A stretch of 64,000 bases of DNA from Alphaproteobacteria bacterium (GCA_030752605.1 JASMDX010000014.1:2013-66012), one strand, 5' to 3'; positions 44,992 through 55,797 are shown, counted from the first letter of the stretch. Translations and numbers: made by a program. Notes: generated from the sequence alone by a model not told the origin.

Positions 44992-45684
44992 ATGGCCTTT
45001 GCCATAACCCCCGCACCACAAGCCACCGTCCCCGTCGAGGGCGGTGATCCCTTCCCCGTGCGCCGTATCTACTGCGTTGGCCGCAACTACGCCGCCCATG
45101 CCCGCGAGATGGGCCATGATCCGGACCGGGAGCCGCCGTTTTTCTTCATGAAGCCGGCGGATGCGGTTACCATGGACGGCAACAATATCGACTATCCCCC
45201 GGCGACCTCGGATCTGCATCATGAGATCGAGCTGGTGGTGGCCCTCTCCAAGGGCGGCGCGGATATTCCGGAGGACCAGGCTCTTGATCATGTTTTCGGC
45301 TACACTGTGGGCTTGGACATGACCCGGCGCGACCTGCAAGGCCAGGCCAAGGAGAAAGGCCGGCCCTGGGATACCGGCAAGGGGTTCGACAACGGTGCGC
45401 CCGTGGGCGCCCTGCGCACGGTGGCCGAAGTGGGCCATCCCACGGATGCCCGCATCTGGGTCAACGTCAATGGCGAAAAGCGGCAAGAGGGCAATATCAA
45501 CCAGATGATCTGGAATGTGGCCGAGACGATCGCCTATCTTTCCGGCCTGTTTGAATTGCAGTCCGGCGACCTGATCATGACCGGCACACCTGACGGCGTT
45601 GCCGCCGTGGGCCCCGGCGACCGCCTTGAAGGCGGCGTGGAGGGCATCGCCACCTTGTCCATTGCCTATAACCCGAAACCCTAG
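44992..45684 (+). CDS. Fumarylacetoacetate hydrolase (FAH) family protein (fumaryl/maleylpyruvate hydrolase-like)
   Basis: FAH fold motifs (RRIYCVGRNYAAHAREMG, ELVVAL, GTPDGV). Confidence 0.85.
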   Translation: MAFAITPAPQATVPVEGGDPFPVRRIYCVGRNYAAHAREMGHDPDREPPFFFMKPADAVTMDGNNIDYPPATSDLHHEIELVVALSKGGADIPEDQALDHVFGYTVGLDMTRRDLQGQAKEKGRPWDTGKGFDNGAPVGALRTVAEVGHPTDARIWVNVNGEKRQEGNINQMIWNVAETIAYLSGLFELQSGDLIMTGTPDGVAAVGPGDRLEGGVEGIATLSIAYNPKP

Positions 45685-45696
45685 GACCGCGCGGAA

Positions 45697-46500
45697 ATGA
45701 AAATCTCTATCGCCACCTGGAACGTCAATTCCGTCCGGGCCCATATCGCCACGATCGAACAATTCCTGGCGGCGCGACAACCGGACGTGTTGTGCCTGCA
45801 GGAGATCAAGGTCACCAACGAACTGTTCCCCCTGGAACTGTTCGAGGCTCATGGCTATGTGCATCACGCCCTGCACGGGCAAAAGGCCTACCACGGCGTC
45901 GCCATCTTCGCCAAAGCGGCGCTGCCGTTGGGGAAAGTGACGCGCAAGCACTGGTGTAATATCGAACAGTCGCGGCACCTCTATTGCACCCTGCCGGGCG
46001 AGGTGGAGCTGCATAATTTCTATGTTCCCGCCGGCGGTGACAAGCCGGATGTGGAGAAAAATGACAAATTCCGCCACAAGCTGGATTTCATGACCGACGT
46101 CTCGGCCTGGTTCAAGCGCCGCAAACGCAAGAAAAACCGCTTTGTTCTGGTCGGCGATCTAAACGTCGCACCGCTGGAAACGGATGTGTGGCACCATAAG
46201 CAGCTGGTGCGCGTGGTCAGCCACACGCCGATCGAGGTCGAGCATATGGACGCCTGGTATGCCTCCCACGACTGGGTCGATGCGGTCCGCCATTTCGTGC
46301 CTGAGGACGAGCATATTTATTCCTGGTGGAGCTACCGCGCCCGCGACTGGAGCAGCGCCGACAAGGGTCGCCGTTTGGATCATGTCTGGGTCACCCCGAC
46401 CCTGGCGCCGGGTCTGCTCAGCGCCGAAATTCTAAGATCGGCGCGCGGTTACGAGCCGGCCTCGGACCACGCCCCGGTGATCGTGGAGCTGAAGATCTAA
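45697..46500 (+). CDS. xth: Exodeoxyribonuclease III
   Basis: EEP nuclease motifs (ATWNVNS, LQEIK, SDHAPV). Confidence 0.9.
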   Translation: MKISIATWNVNSVRAHIATIEQFLAARQPDVLCLQEIKVTNELFPLELFEAHGYVHHALHGQKAYHGVAIFAKAALPLGKVTRKHWCNIEQSRHLYCTLPGEVELHNFYVPAGGDKPDVEKNDKFRHKLDFMTDVSAWFKRRKRKKNRFVLVGDLNVAPLETDVWHHKQLVRVVSHTPIEVEHMDAWYASHDWVDAVRHFVPEDEHIYSWWSYRARDWSSADKGRRLDHVWVTPTLAPGLLSAEILRSARGYEPASDHAPVIVELKI

Positions 46501-46602
46501 ATTTCAAGCCAGTCCCACGGCAAGACGGATTAAACCACTGCGGTTGCCTCGTTCAAGGCACGGCACATTCCAGGCACTGGCGATTTCTACTTTGCTGTGT
46601 GA

Positions 46603-47132
46603 ATGACAACGCAAATCACCAACCCCGAGCTCTTTATACTCCGCCGGCTGAAAATTCCGGACGCCGCGGACTATCGGGCGCTGCGGCTGGAAGACTTAAG
46701 AATCAATCCGGAAGCATTCGGCGCCTCCTTCGAGGATAAAGCAGACAAGCCGTTGCAATGGTTCGAGGAACGCCTAAAAAATGGCATAATTTTCGGCGGC
46801 TTCACCAAGGATAGCCAATTGGCTAGAGCAGCCGGTTTGCTGGTGCTAAGCACCGTGAAACTGGCGCACAAGGCCATGCTTCGGGGCGTATTCGTAGGCC
46901 AGAAGTCCGCCGACAAGGTTTGGCAGGATCGTTGGCGACGCGCGCCATTGTCCAAGCTAAAAGCATTGTCGAGGAGGTCACGCTAACGGTCCTTGCCTCC
47001 AACAAAACAGCCATCAGATTGTATGAAGATCTTGGATTCGAGGTCTATGGCCTGGAACGGCGGGCCTTGAAAGTTGGTTACGACTACCACGATCAATTGC
47101 TGATAGCGCTATCGTTGATAGAGCGCGGATAG
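46603..47132 (+). pseudogene. GNAT family N-acetyltransferase disrupted by a -1 frameshift
   Basis: The N-terminal part reaches ...AMLRGVFVG in one frame (ORF 46603..46986). The continuation PEVRRQGLAGSLATRAIVQAKSIVEEVTLTVLASNKTAIRLYEDLGFEV (acetyl-CoA binding) runs in the next frame (ORF 46920..47132). One base is missing in a G/C run at about 46898. Confidence 0.65.
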
Positions 47133-47281
47133 AACCACCGCCCACCACTGAAATTAGTATCGGTTATCCGTCGTCTAGGAGCCTGTCGCAGCCAATCTAA
47201 CCCATTTGACCGTCCCTCCAGAGCCCGTGGGCAGGTGCATAGCACCGCCAAATGAATCAGATTAGCCGCGACATAGCAGTG

Positions 47282-48505
47282 TTAAAGCGCCTCGCCCCGG
47301 ATCAGCTTGGGCAGATCGCCGGTCATGGCGGCGGCATGGCGTTCAAGGAACCGTTTGGCGGGACCGATCCTGTTGACAATACTCAGGCCCAGGACACGGG
47401 CCAGGCGCACCGGCGTGATGTCATTGGAGAACAGACGCACCAGGCCATCAGTCATCATCAACATGGTCAGGGCATCAAAACGGCGCCATTGCTGGTAACG
47501 GCGCAATGCCTCTCCGCCACCCAGATCCAGGCCCAGGCGGGCATCATCGGCCAGCACCTCCGCCAGGGCGGCGACGTCGCGCAGGCCCAGGTTAAGGCCC
47601 TGACCGGCGACGGGGTGCATGCCATGGGCCGCATCCCCGATCAGAGCCAGGCGGGTATCGATATATCGTTCAGCGTTTTGCAGACCGAGCGGATAGCTCC
47701 AACGCGGCGCATCGCATTCGATCCGGCCCCAATGATCCCCCGCCCTGGCCATGATCTCGCCGTTGAAGGCATCGTCGTCAAGGGCCAGTAGCGACGGTAC
47801 ATCATCGCCCTTTTCGGTCCAAATCAGGGCCGAGCGGTTGCCCCGCATGGGCAGCAATGCAAAAGGCCCGGCGGGCAGAAACAATTCCGCCGCGATACCG
47901 CCATGACCGACTTCATGGCGCACCGTGGTGACGATGGCCGTCTGATCATAGCACCAGCTCAAACAACGGATACCGGCGTCCTCGCGCAGCTGGGAATTAC
48001 GTCCCTCCGCCCCGACCGCCAAAGCCGCCCGGATCACCCGGCCATCGGTCAGTTCAGCCCGTACGCCGACTTGATCCCGCTCCACCATGCTGACGTTAGC
48101 GGGAGCAATCAGCCTGACATCACTGACCTGGGCCAAGGCCTTATGCAGGGCAAGGCGGATATAGCTGTTCTCCACCGTGAAGCCAAAGGGGCGGTCACCA
48201 ACCTCGCGGTGATCAAAATGTAGAAATAGCGGCGCGCCATTGTCGGCGACGCGGATCTCATCAATCGGTGCGGCATGATCCGCCATATGCTCCCAGGCGC
48301 CAACTTGTCCGAACAAAGCTGCCGAGCCATAGGACAGCGTCGAGACACGACCATCATGATCCATCGCCGTCAGCGTCTCCAGCGGTTGGCGCTCCACCAC
48401 CACCGAGCCCAAACCGGCGCCGGCCAGCGCCAAGGCTTGGCTCAACCCGATCATGCCGCCGCCAACGATCAGGACATCCGTTTCAATTTGTTTCTTAGTC
48501 GCCAT
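47282..48505 (-). CDS. FAD-dependent monooxygenase of the UbiH/UbiF/Coq6 family
   Basis: DVLIVGGGMIGLSQALALA FAD motif and a 407-aa length. ATG at 48503-48505 (MATKKQ). Confidence 0.8.
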   Translation of the reverse strand: MATKKQIETDVLIVGGGMIGLSQALALAGAGLGSVVVERQPLETLTAMDHDGRVSTLSYGSAALFGQVGAWEHMADHAAPIDEIRVADNGAPLFLHFDHREVGDRPFGFTVENSYIRLALHKALAQVSDVRLIAPANVSMVERDQVGVRAELTDGRVIRAALAVGAEGRNSQLREDAGIRCLSWCYDQTAIVTTVRHEVGHGGIAAELFLPAGPFALLPMRGNRSALIWTEKGDDVPSLLALDDDAFNGEIMARAGDHWGRIECDAPRWSYPLGLQNAERYIDTRLALIGDAAHGMHPVAGQGLNLGLRDVAALAEVLADDARLGLDLGGGEALRRYQQWRRFDALTMLMMTDGLVRLFSNDITPVRLARVLGLSIVNRIGPAKRFLERHAAAMTGDLPKLIRGEAL

Positions 48506-48570
48506 GACCACCACGTATCGCGCCATGCAAGGTCGTTGTCCAGCCTCCATTCACCATATAACCTATCACA

Positions 48571-49929
48571 ATGAGTGATATAGCATGGCACGAGATGACG
48601 GCCCTGGCCCTGGGCACCGCCATTCAGAATGGTCAAATCGATCCAGTCGATTTGACGGAGCATCTTCTCTCCCGCATCGAGAGGCTGGACCCGGAACACC
48701 GGGTCTATATCCGTACGACAGCGGCGCGGGCACGGGCGGAGGCTGCCGCCGCCTCGCGTCGCGCCAAGGCCGGCCTGCGGCAAAGCGTCCTGGATGGCGT
48801 GCCCATGTCGTGGAAGGATCTGACGGATACAGCTGGCACGGAAACCACGTTCGGCTCCGCCCTGCTGCGCAACCGGATACCAGAGCGCGACGCCCTGCTG
48901 CTGCGCCGGGCCACCCTGGCGGGCATGATCTGCCTGGGCAAGACGACCTTGTCGGAATTCGCCTATTCGGGCCTGGGCATCAACCCTGTTTTCGGCACAC
49001 CGGCAAATAGCGCCGATGATCAGGTGGAACGGGTGCCGGGCGGATCTTCGTCAGGTGCCGCCGTCTCGGTCACCAACGGTCTCGCACCCGCCGGCATCGG
49101 CAGCGACACCGGCGGCTCGATCCGCATTCCCGCCGCCCTGAACGGCATCATCGGGCTGAAGACGACCATCGGCGTGCTACCCCTGGACGGCATCTTGGCC
49201 TTGTCGCCAACCTTCGATACCATCGGGCCGTTGACCCACGATGTGGCCGACGCCAACGCCATCTTCGCGGTATTGAACCAAAGCAGGGCTTATGATCTGT
49301 CCGGCGCCTCGCTAAAGGGCGTGCGTCTGCTAAAGCCCAAGGACGTCATGTTCGACGATCTCGACGACACCGTCGCCGGCGCCATGGCCGCCGCCCTGGA
49401 CAAGCTAAGCAATGCCGGCGCCGAGATCATAGAGGGGGAGGTGCCGGAATTCGCCGAGGCGTTCGAAGTGGTGGCTAAACATGGCAACATTATTTCGGCG
49501 GAAGTCCATGCCATGTGGAACGATTTGGTGAAAAGCCGGGGTGACGAGATGTACTGGGGCATCCGCTCCCGCTTTGAGTTGGCCGAGAAACTGACGGCGA
49601 TCGATTCGGAATCCGCCCATATTGGCCTAAAGGCTGCCGCCGCCAGGTTCCGAGCCAGGGTCGCCGGTTTCGCAGCGGTGGTACATCCCACCTGCCCCCG
49701 TATCGCGCCGCCAATAGCGGATCTGGAGCATGATCCGGCGGCCTATGACGAAGCCAACATGGCCATGACCCGCAATACCCGCCTGGGCAACATCATGGAA
49801 ACCTGCGGCGTCACCGTGCCCTGCCAGCGGCCCGGCGAGTTGCCCGTCGGCCTCTCCCTGATGGCAGCGGGGCACAACGAAGGCCGCATCCTGCGCCTGG
49901 CCAGGGCGGCGGAGGAGGCGCTTGTCTAA
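48571..49929 (+). CDS. Amidase signature family protein
   Basis: GGSSSGAAVSV and GSDTGGSIRIP amidase signature motifs. Confidence 0.85.
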   Translation: MSDIAWHEMTALALGTAIQNGQIDPVDLTEHLLSRIERLDPEHRVYIRTTAARARAEAAAASRRAKAGLRQSVLDGVPMSWKDLTDTAGTETTFGSALLRNRIPERDALLLRRATLAGMICLGKTTLSEFAYSGLGINPVFGTPANSADDQVERVPGGSSSGAAVSVTNGLAPAGIGSDTGGSIRIPAALNGIIGLKTTIGVLPLDGILALSPTFDTIGPLTHDVADANAIFAVLNQSRAYDLSGASLKGVRLLKPKDVMFDDLDDTVAGAMAAALDKLSNAGAEIIEGEVPEFAEAFEVVAKHGNIISAEVHAMWNDLVKSRGDEMYWGIRSRFELAEKLTAIDSESAHIGLKAAAARFRARVAGFAAVVHPTCPRIAPPIADLEHDPAAYDEANMAMTRNTRLGNIMETCGVTVPCQRPGELPVGLSLMAAGHNEGRILRLARAAEEALV

Positions 49930-51115
49930 AGTGGTTGAAATGCCTGAAGTACCGGAAGCGCCCGAGCCGTTGCTGTTCACGCCATTGACCCTGCGCGCTG
50001 TGACGCTGAAGAACCGTATTGTCATCTCGCCCATGCAACAGTACGCCGCCGGTCCCGACGGCATGCCCACGGACTACCATACAGTCCACTATGGCCGCCT
50101 GGCCCTGGGCGGAGCCGGGCTAGTTTTTACCGAGGCCCTGTGCATTGCCCCCGAAGGCCGCCTGACCTACAGCGATCTGGGCGTTTGGCATGATGATTTC
50201 ATCGCGCCCCTAAAAGGCCTGGCGGACGGCATGCGAAATTTGGGCATAACGCCGGGCGCGCAAATTCTGCACGCGGGACGCAAGGCATCTGTGCAACGGC
50301 CCTGGCAGGGCTATATGCCGCTGACCGAGATGGACCGTACGACAAGGGGCGAGGCTCCATGGCCGACCCTGGGCCCTTCGCCCCTGCCGGCCAATCCCGG
50401 CTGGCCCCCGCCGCGCGCCATGAGCGAGGCCGAGATTGCGGACGCCGTGGCGGAGCATGGCGCGGCGGCACGGCGTTGCCGCGAAGCGAGCTTCGAGGTT
50501 TTAGATGTTCATGCCGCCCATGGCTATCTGATCCATACCTTTCTCTCGCCCATCTCCAATCAGCGCAATGATGGCTACGGCGGCAATCTGGCGGGACGCA
50601 TGCGCCTGGCATTGGAGGTCGCGGCGGCTGTTCGGACCGAATGGCCCGACGAGAGGCCGCTGTTCTACCGCCTTTCCTGTATCGACGACGAGCCCGGCGG
50701 CTGGACCCTGGAGGATTCCGTCGTCCTGGCCCAGGAACTGCGCCGTTTGGGCATCGACGTGATCGATTGCTCCTCCCGCGGCCTGGGCCAACGCGGCACC
50801 CCCGTCGTGGTTCCCCGCGAACAAGGCTTCCAGGTCCCCTTCGCCGCACGGATCCGCCAGGACACGGATCTGCGGACCATGACCGTTGGCCTGATCATGG
50901 AGCCGGAATTTGCCGAAAGCGTGCTACAGCAGGACCAGGCTGATTTGATCGCCATTGGCCGCGAGGCGCTGTTCAATCCACAATGGCCGCTGCATGCCAG
51001 CCTGGCATTGGTGGGCGACGGGGCCTACGAACGTTTCTGGCAGCCGCGCGATGCCTGGTGGCTGGAAAAACGCGCCCGCTCCCTCGGCGCCGCCGCGACT
51101 TCTGATCGAAGCTGA
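49922..51115 (+). CDS. NADH:flavin oxidoreductase of the Old Yellow Enzyme family
   Basis: TIM-barrel OYE motifs (RIVISPMQQY, HAAHGYL). Confidence 0.85.
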   Translation: MSKVVEMPEVPEAPEPLLFTPLTLRAVTLKNRIVISPMQQYAAGPDGMPTDYHTVHYGRLALGGAGLVFTEALCIAPEGRLTYSDLGVWHDDFIAPLKGLADGMRNLGITPGAQILHAGRKASVQRPWQGYMPLTEMDRTTRGEAPWPTLGPSPLPANPGWPPPRAMSEAEIADAVAEHGAAARRCREASFEVLDVHAAHGYLIHTFLSPISNQRNDGYGGNLAGRMRLALEVAAAVRTEWPDERPLFYRLSCIDDEPGGWTLEDSVVLAQELRRLGIDVIDCSSRGLGQRGTPVVVPREQGFQVPFAARIRQDTDLRTMTVGLIMEPEFAESVLQQDQADLIAIGREALFNPQWPLHASLALVGDGAYERFWQPRDAWWLEKRARSLGAAATSDRS

Positions 51116-51134
51116 CGCGGGGCAAAGGCTGTTG

Positions 51135-51548
51135 TTAGGTGAGAGCCGCGCCTTTCAGTTCAACGATATTGCCATCCGGATCGGAAACGTAAAGTGAGGG
51201 GCCTTCACCCTCCGCTCCGAAACGTTGCACGACCTCGCTCGGTTCCAGACCATGGCCGGGTAGATATTCGACCAACGCCTGCGCATCAAAGGGATCTATG
51301 CGCAGGCAGAAATGGTCCATATTCGGGCCGTCGGCACTTGGCGCACCGTGCCTTCGCCCCAACTGGCCATCCAGGGTTACCAGATCGATCTGCGCGCTGC
51401 CCGCGCGCAAATGGTACAGCCCCAGATCATCCCGCCGCCGCTCCATGACGCAGCCCAGAATGTCGCAATAAAAGACCATTGAGCGATCCAACTTGGCAAT
51501 CCGCAAAACCAAATGATCCAGGCCCAAGGGTGCAATCCGCATTTCCAT
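51135..51548 (-). CDS. VOC (glyoxalase/bleomycin-resistance) family protein
   Basis: 137-aa paired beta-alpha-beta-beta-beta fold motif (LDHLVLRI...). Confidence 0.7.
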   Translation of the reverse strand: MEMRIAPLGLDHLVLRIAKLDRSMVFYCDILGCVMERRRDDLGLYHLRAGSAQIDLVTLDGQLGRRHGAPSADGPNMDHFCLRIDPFDAQALVEYLPGHGLEPSEVVQRFGAEGEGPSLYVSDPDGNIVELKGAALT

Positions 51549-51605
51549 TCTCCCGTCGATGCCAGTTCATGTTTATGGAATCATTCCAAGCATCCAACAG
51601 TTTAT

Positions 51606-51621
51606 TAAGACATCAGTCTTA
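51606..51621. promoter_or_regulatory. Inverted repeat TAAGAC-N4-GTCTTA about 25 bp upstream of the PAS gene
   Basis: Seen directly. Confidence 0.25.
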
Positions 51622-51646
51622 TAGGTAGTTTTTCCGACAGCCCGCG

Positions 51647-52255
51647 ATGGGACAACTAACCTTGCAATTGTTCGATGATATTCACACCGAGGAATGCCGC
51701 GCATTCGCCTGTGCTTGGCAGGCTTGGCGCGGCACTGATGTGGCTCCAAAACAGTCTAGCGTGCACATCGAGGACATAGCGAGAGAATTGCATCAGGTTT
51801 CGGTGATCGAGGTGATATCACCGGAAATCGCTAGATTCCGCCTTGCCGGCACCACCCTGTCCCAGGCCATGGGCATCGAGTTGACCGGTCTCAACTATTT
51901 TGATCTCACGACCCCCGAAGGACGTGGCCCCCGGCTGGCACGCACGCTGAATTTGGTCGCGCAGCCTTGCGGGTCGCATTTCGTCTTTCCCATCGCCTAT
52001 AGCTCGGGGTGAACCGTGCAATCGGAAATCGTGTCCCTTTCCGTACAGCCCGATGATCCGTCGTCGCCACCGAAGATCTTCGGCATTGCCACAGCATTGG
52101 AGGAAACAACCTTCGATCAACCGATAGCGCGGCCAAACCAATTGCCCCTGCCCGGAGGCTTCCAATTCATAGATATCGGCGCCGGCGTTCCCACGACGAA
52201 TCTGCAACTGGCGGAACGGCCGACCGCATCCCTATCGCTCAAACAGGCGAGTTAG
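51647..52255 (+). pseudogene. PAS-like (DUF1457/PAS_5) domain protein with an in-frame TGA
   Basis: ORFs 51647..52012 and 52016..52255 lie in the same frame and are separated only by a TGA at 52013-52015 (GGG TGA ACC). Their combined length of 202 aa matches full-length DUF1457 proteins. TGG (Trp) changed to TGA is the simplest explanation. Confidence 0.5.
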
Positions 52256-52261
52256 CGCGGT

Positions 52262-54601
52262 TCAGCCGCGTTTGCGGCGAAATTTTGTAGCCCGTGTACC
52301 GGCACGGCCACCGCTGGAACGGCCCTTGGGGCCGCGGGCGGCCTCCAGCATCTCGGGCGTTATCTCGGTCGCAACCTCTTTCGGAACATAACCCTCGCCG
52401 CGCTTACGCCGGGCCGCCGCGATACCAGGTGCCGCGCCGTCCTTGGAACGGCCCTCAGGGTTACCATCGCCCCTGCGCTGCGTCTCACCCTCGCCGGTCA
52501 AGCCCTTCAACTCCATTTCCTCCAAACGGCGCAACTCGTCCCGCAAGCGCGCAGCATCCTCGAATTCCAAATTAGCGGCTGCGGCGCGCATGCGCTTTTC
52601 TAGATCTTCCATATAGTTCATCAGGTTATGGCCGATCAGATTATTGCGCTCATCATCCCCCGTACCCACGGTGATATGATCACCCTCGTAGACAGACTCC
52701 AAAATATCGGCGATGTTCTTCTTCACGGATTCCGGCGTGATGCCATTGGCCTCGTTGTAGGCCATCTGTTTTTCACGCCGGCGCTCGGTCTCCTCCAATG
52801 CCTGATCGAGACTTTGCGTACGCTTGTCCGCATACAGGATGACCCGGCCATCCACATTTCGCGCCGCCCGCCCAATGGTCTGCACCAACGATGTGGCGGA
52901 GCGCAAAAAGCCCTCCTTGTCCGCATCCAGGATCGCCACCAGAGCGCATTCGGGAATGTCCAGGCCCTCGCGCAGCAGGTTGATGCCGACCAGAATATCG
53001 AACACGCCCAGCCGTAGATCGCGGATGATCTCGATCCGTTCCAGAGTATCAATATCGGAATGCATATAACGCACCTTCAGGCCTGCTTCGTGCATGTACT
53101 CGGTCAGGTCCTCGGCCATGCGCTTGGTCAGGGTGGTGACCAGAACCCGGCCTCCGGCGCCGGTGACATCCCGGCATTCGGCGATTAGGTCATCCACCTG
53201 ATGTTCCACGGGGCGGATGATGCAGGTCGGATCAATCAGGCCCGTGGGGCGGATCACCTGTTCGGTGAAGACGCCGTCGGTGCGTTCCAATTCCCATTTG
53301 CCGGGCGTGGCGGAAATAAACATGCTTTGCGGCCGCATCACCTCCCACTCGGCGAACTTCAAGGGTCGATTGTCGACGCAGGAAGGCAGGCGGAAGCCGA
53401 ATTCGGATAGGGTCCATTTGCGCCGATAGTCGCCTCGAAACATACCGCCCAGTTGAGGCACGGTGACGTGGCTTTCATCCAGGACGATCAGGGCATTGTC
53501 GGGCAGATACTCAAACAAGGTTGGTGGCGGATCACCAGGATTGCGCCCGGTCAGATAGCGGGAATAGTTCTCGATGCCAGGGCAAAAGCCGGCGGCATCC
53601 ATCATTTCCAGATCCAGCATAATGCGCTGTTCAAGGCGCTCCGCCTCCAACAGCATGCCGGCTTGGCGCAGGAATTCCAAACGCTCCAGCAACTCCGCCT
53701 TGATGCCCTTCATGGCCTGCTGCAAGGTTGGGCGTGGCGTAACGTAATGGCTGTTGGCGTACACCTTGACCTTTTCGAACGTCGTGGCCCGCTGCCCGGT
53801 CAGGGGGTCGAACTCAACAATCTCCTCCAACTCATCACCGAACAAAACGAAACGCCAGGCCTGATCTTCCATATGGGCCGGCCACAATTCGACCACATCG
53901 CCACGCACCCGGAAGGTACCCCGGCCAAAGAAATTGTCGTTGCGGCGGTATTGCAGATCCACGAAGCCTTTCAGCAACGCATTGCGGTCCACGGTAGCGC
54001 CTACCTTCAGATCCATGGTCATCTTGGAATAGGTCTCAACCGAGCCGATACCGTAGATGCAAGAGACAGAGGCCACGATGATGACGTCGTCGCGCTCCAA
54101 CAGGGCGCGGGTGGCGGCGTGGCGCATGCGGTCGATCTGCTGATTTATATGCGCCTCTTTCTCGATATAGGTATCAGTGCGGGGCACATAGGCCTCCGGC
54201 TGGTAATAGTCATAGTAGGAGACGAAATATTCCACCGCATTGTTGGGGAAAAAGCCTTTCATCTCGCCATAAAGCTGCGCGGCTAGGGTCTTGTTGGGCG
54301 CCAGCACCAGGGCCGGGCGCTGGGTCCGTTGAATAACCTGAGCCACGGTGTAGGTTTTGCCGGACCCGGTGACCCCCAACAGTACCTGGTTCTGCTCCCC
54401 CGCCTCAACGCCAGCCACCAGCTCGGCGATGGCTTGAGGTTGATCGCCCGCCGGCTCGTACTCCGAGACCAGTTCAAAGGCGTGCCCGCCCTCACCTTTC
54501 TCGGGCCGCTCAATGGGCGCGGGCACCCAAGTGGCCTGCTCCGCCTCGGCCAGGGACTGCTCGAAACTGCCCCGGATCTGTTTCATGGATGTATGTGCCA
54601 T
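52262..54601 (-). CDS. uvrB: Excinuclease ABC subunit B
   Basis: Helicase motifs GVTGSGKT and DESH, a UVR domain and an extended Gly/Arg-rich C-terminal tail; 779 aa. Confidence 0.97.
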   Translation of the reverse strand: MAHTSMKQIRGSFEQSLAEAEQATWVPAPIERPEKGEGGHAFELVSEYEPAGDQPQAIAELVAGVEAGEQNQVLLGVTGSGKTYTVAQVIQRTQRPALVLAPNKTLAAQLYGEMKGFFPNNAVEYFVSYYDYYQPEAYVPRTDTYIEKEAHINQQIDRMRHAATRALLERDDVIIVASVSCIYGIGSVETYSKMTMDLKVGATVDRNALLKGFVDLQYRRNDNFFGRGTFRVRGDVVELWPAHMEDQAWRFVLFGDELEEIVEFDPLTGQRATTFEKVKVYANSHYVTPRPTLQQAMKGIKAELLERLEFLRQAGMLLEAERLEQRIMLDLEMMDAAGFCPGIENYSRYLTGRNPGDPPPTLFEYLPDNALIVLDESHVTVPQLGGMFRGDYRRKWTLSEFGFRLPSCVDNRPLKFAEWEVMRPQSMFISATPGKWELERTDGVFTEQVIRPTGLIDPTCIIRPVEHQVDDLIAECRDVTGAGGRVLVTTLTKRMAEDLTEYMHEAGLKVRYMHSDIDTLERIEIIRDLRLGVFDILVGINLLREGLDIPECALVAILDADKEGFLRSATSLVQTIGRAARNVDGRVILYADKRTQSLDQALEETERRREKQMAYNEANGITPESVKKNIADILESVYEGDHITVGTGDDERNNLIGHNLMNYMEDLEKRMRAAAANLEFEDAARLRDELRRLEEMELKGLTGEGETQRRGDGNPEGRSKDGAAPGIAAARRKRGEGYVPKEVATEITPEMLEAARGPKGRSSGGRAGTRATKFRRKRG

Positions 54602-54804
54602 GGCGCCAGTATAGCGGATTTTTCTCGCCGTCCAGCCGCCCTTTCGAAAACGTGATGACTAGGCCATGAGAGACAGAGCGGAACAATTGTTTCCCAATCC
54701 TGCCGCCTGGTAGCCCGGTCATCGAAGCGCCGGTCCACGCGGTACCGCAGAACTTCTGACTAAACGGCGCGCACTTAACGGATAACTAGAGCATGTCGCG
54801 GCGG

Positions 54805-55602
54805 TCAACGTTTAAGACATTGACCCGTTCGCCGCAGATGCCAAACCGCCAAGCAACCTGAATATCCCAGTGCAGTGGCCAGACCCGATGCAAGGCCAAA
54901 CGTGGAACCAAACCGCGCCGTTGCCAAATGCGCCACCAACAGGCCAAGACCGAAGCCTGCGATGGGCAGGACCGCGCGCGACAAGGTCGCAGCCGTGGCG
55001 GGGCCGCCGAGACGTTTCAGCAGCACGATCGTGGTCGAGATAAAGACGATTGGTGTAATGGCCAAGATGCCTGAATATTTTGGCCCCAGGGCTTCCGAAG
55101 TCAGGGCGACGAGCACCGTCAGCGAGCCGACCAGCAGCGCGCGCAGTGGCAAATCAAACCAGCGCCGCGGCACCGGCACCGCCCCACCGGGCCGCACCCA
55201 TTGATGAAGGATGACCAGGGCAGCCACAACCGCGGCAACATTAAGCAAGCTGGCATACAACGGCGACCAGGCAACTTGATAGATCAGTGCCGTCGCCGCA
55301 ATCCAGGTCAGAATGGCCAGCACCAGCGTCGCTGCCGGCCCCGCCCGCGTCGCGGCAAGTGCCGCGGCCACAAGAAAACAGATGGTGGAGACATTGGTCG
55401 CCAGGCTACTGAGCAGGCCCTGGGAAATAAATCGCGCCGAAGCCTCCATGGCCATGACCACATAGATCGGCCCAATGGAGACCGGCAGCGAGGTGATCAG
55501 GGCACCCCAAAACGGCCCCGACCGTTCCGCCGTCATGGTCGCCGCGACCACCACGGAGGCGGCCAAACCGGCTTTCAAAATCAGGGGGAGGAGATCAATC
55601 AT
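54805..55602 (-). CDS. Hypothetical polytopic membrane protein (about 8 TM, Ala/Leu-rich)
   Basis: Hydrophobic segment pattern only. Confidence 0.45.
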   Translation of the reverse strand: MIDLLPLILKAGLAASVVVAATMTAERSGPFWGALITSLPVSIGPIYVVMAMEASARFISQGLLSSLATNVSTICFLVAAALAATRAGPAATLVLAILTWIAATALIYQVAWSPLYASLLNVAAVVAALVILHQWVRPGGAVPVPRRWFDLPLRALLVGSLTVLVALTSEALGPKYSGILAITPIVFISTTIVLLKRLGGPATAATLSRAVLPIAGFGLGLLVAHLATARFGSTFGLASGLATALGYSGCLAVWHLRRTGQCLKR

Positions 55603-55797
55603 AGCAACCCGTCGTTATCGGGATGCCGCATTGGTTCCTCCCAATCGCTTATAATGCTGACATAATCCGATGCAGCCAGCAAGCGGCGCCACGATGCGGC
55701 ACACGATTCTTGGAATTTGCCCGTTACATTGCGCCCGAATCGAAAAGCCGGCTAAGATAACGCGGTCGCCAAGATTGAACCTTGGGAACCTGACACC

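Noticed and set aside
52013-52015. TGA in the PAS/DUF1457 gene read as selenocysteine
   Set aside because: No SECIS-like hairpin follows, there are no sel genes nearby, and the family has no known selenoproteins. Loss of a Trp codon is simpler.
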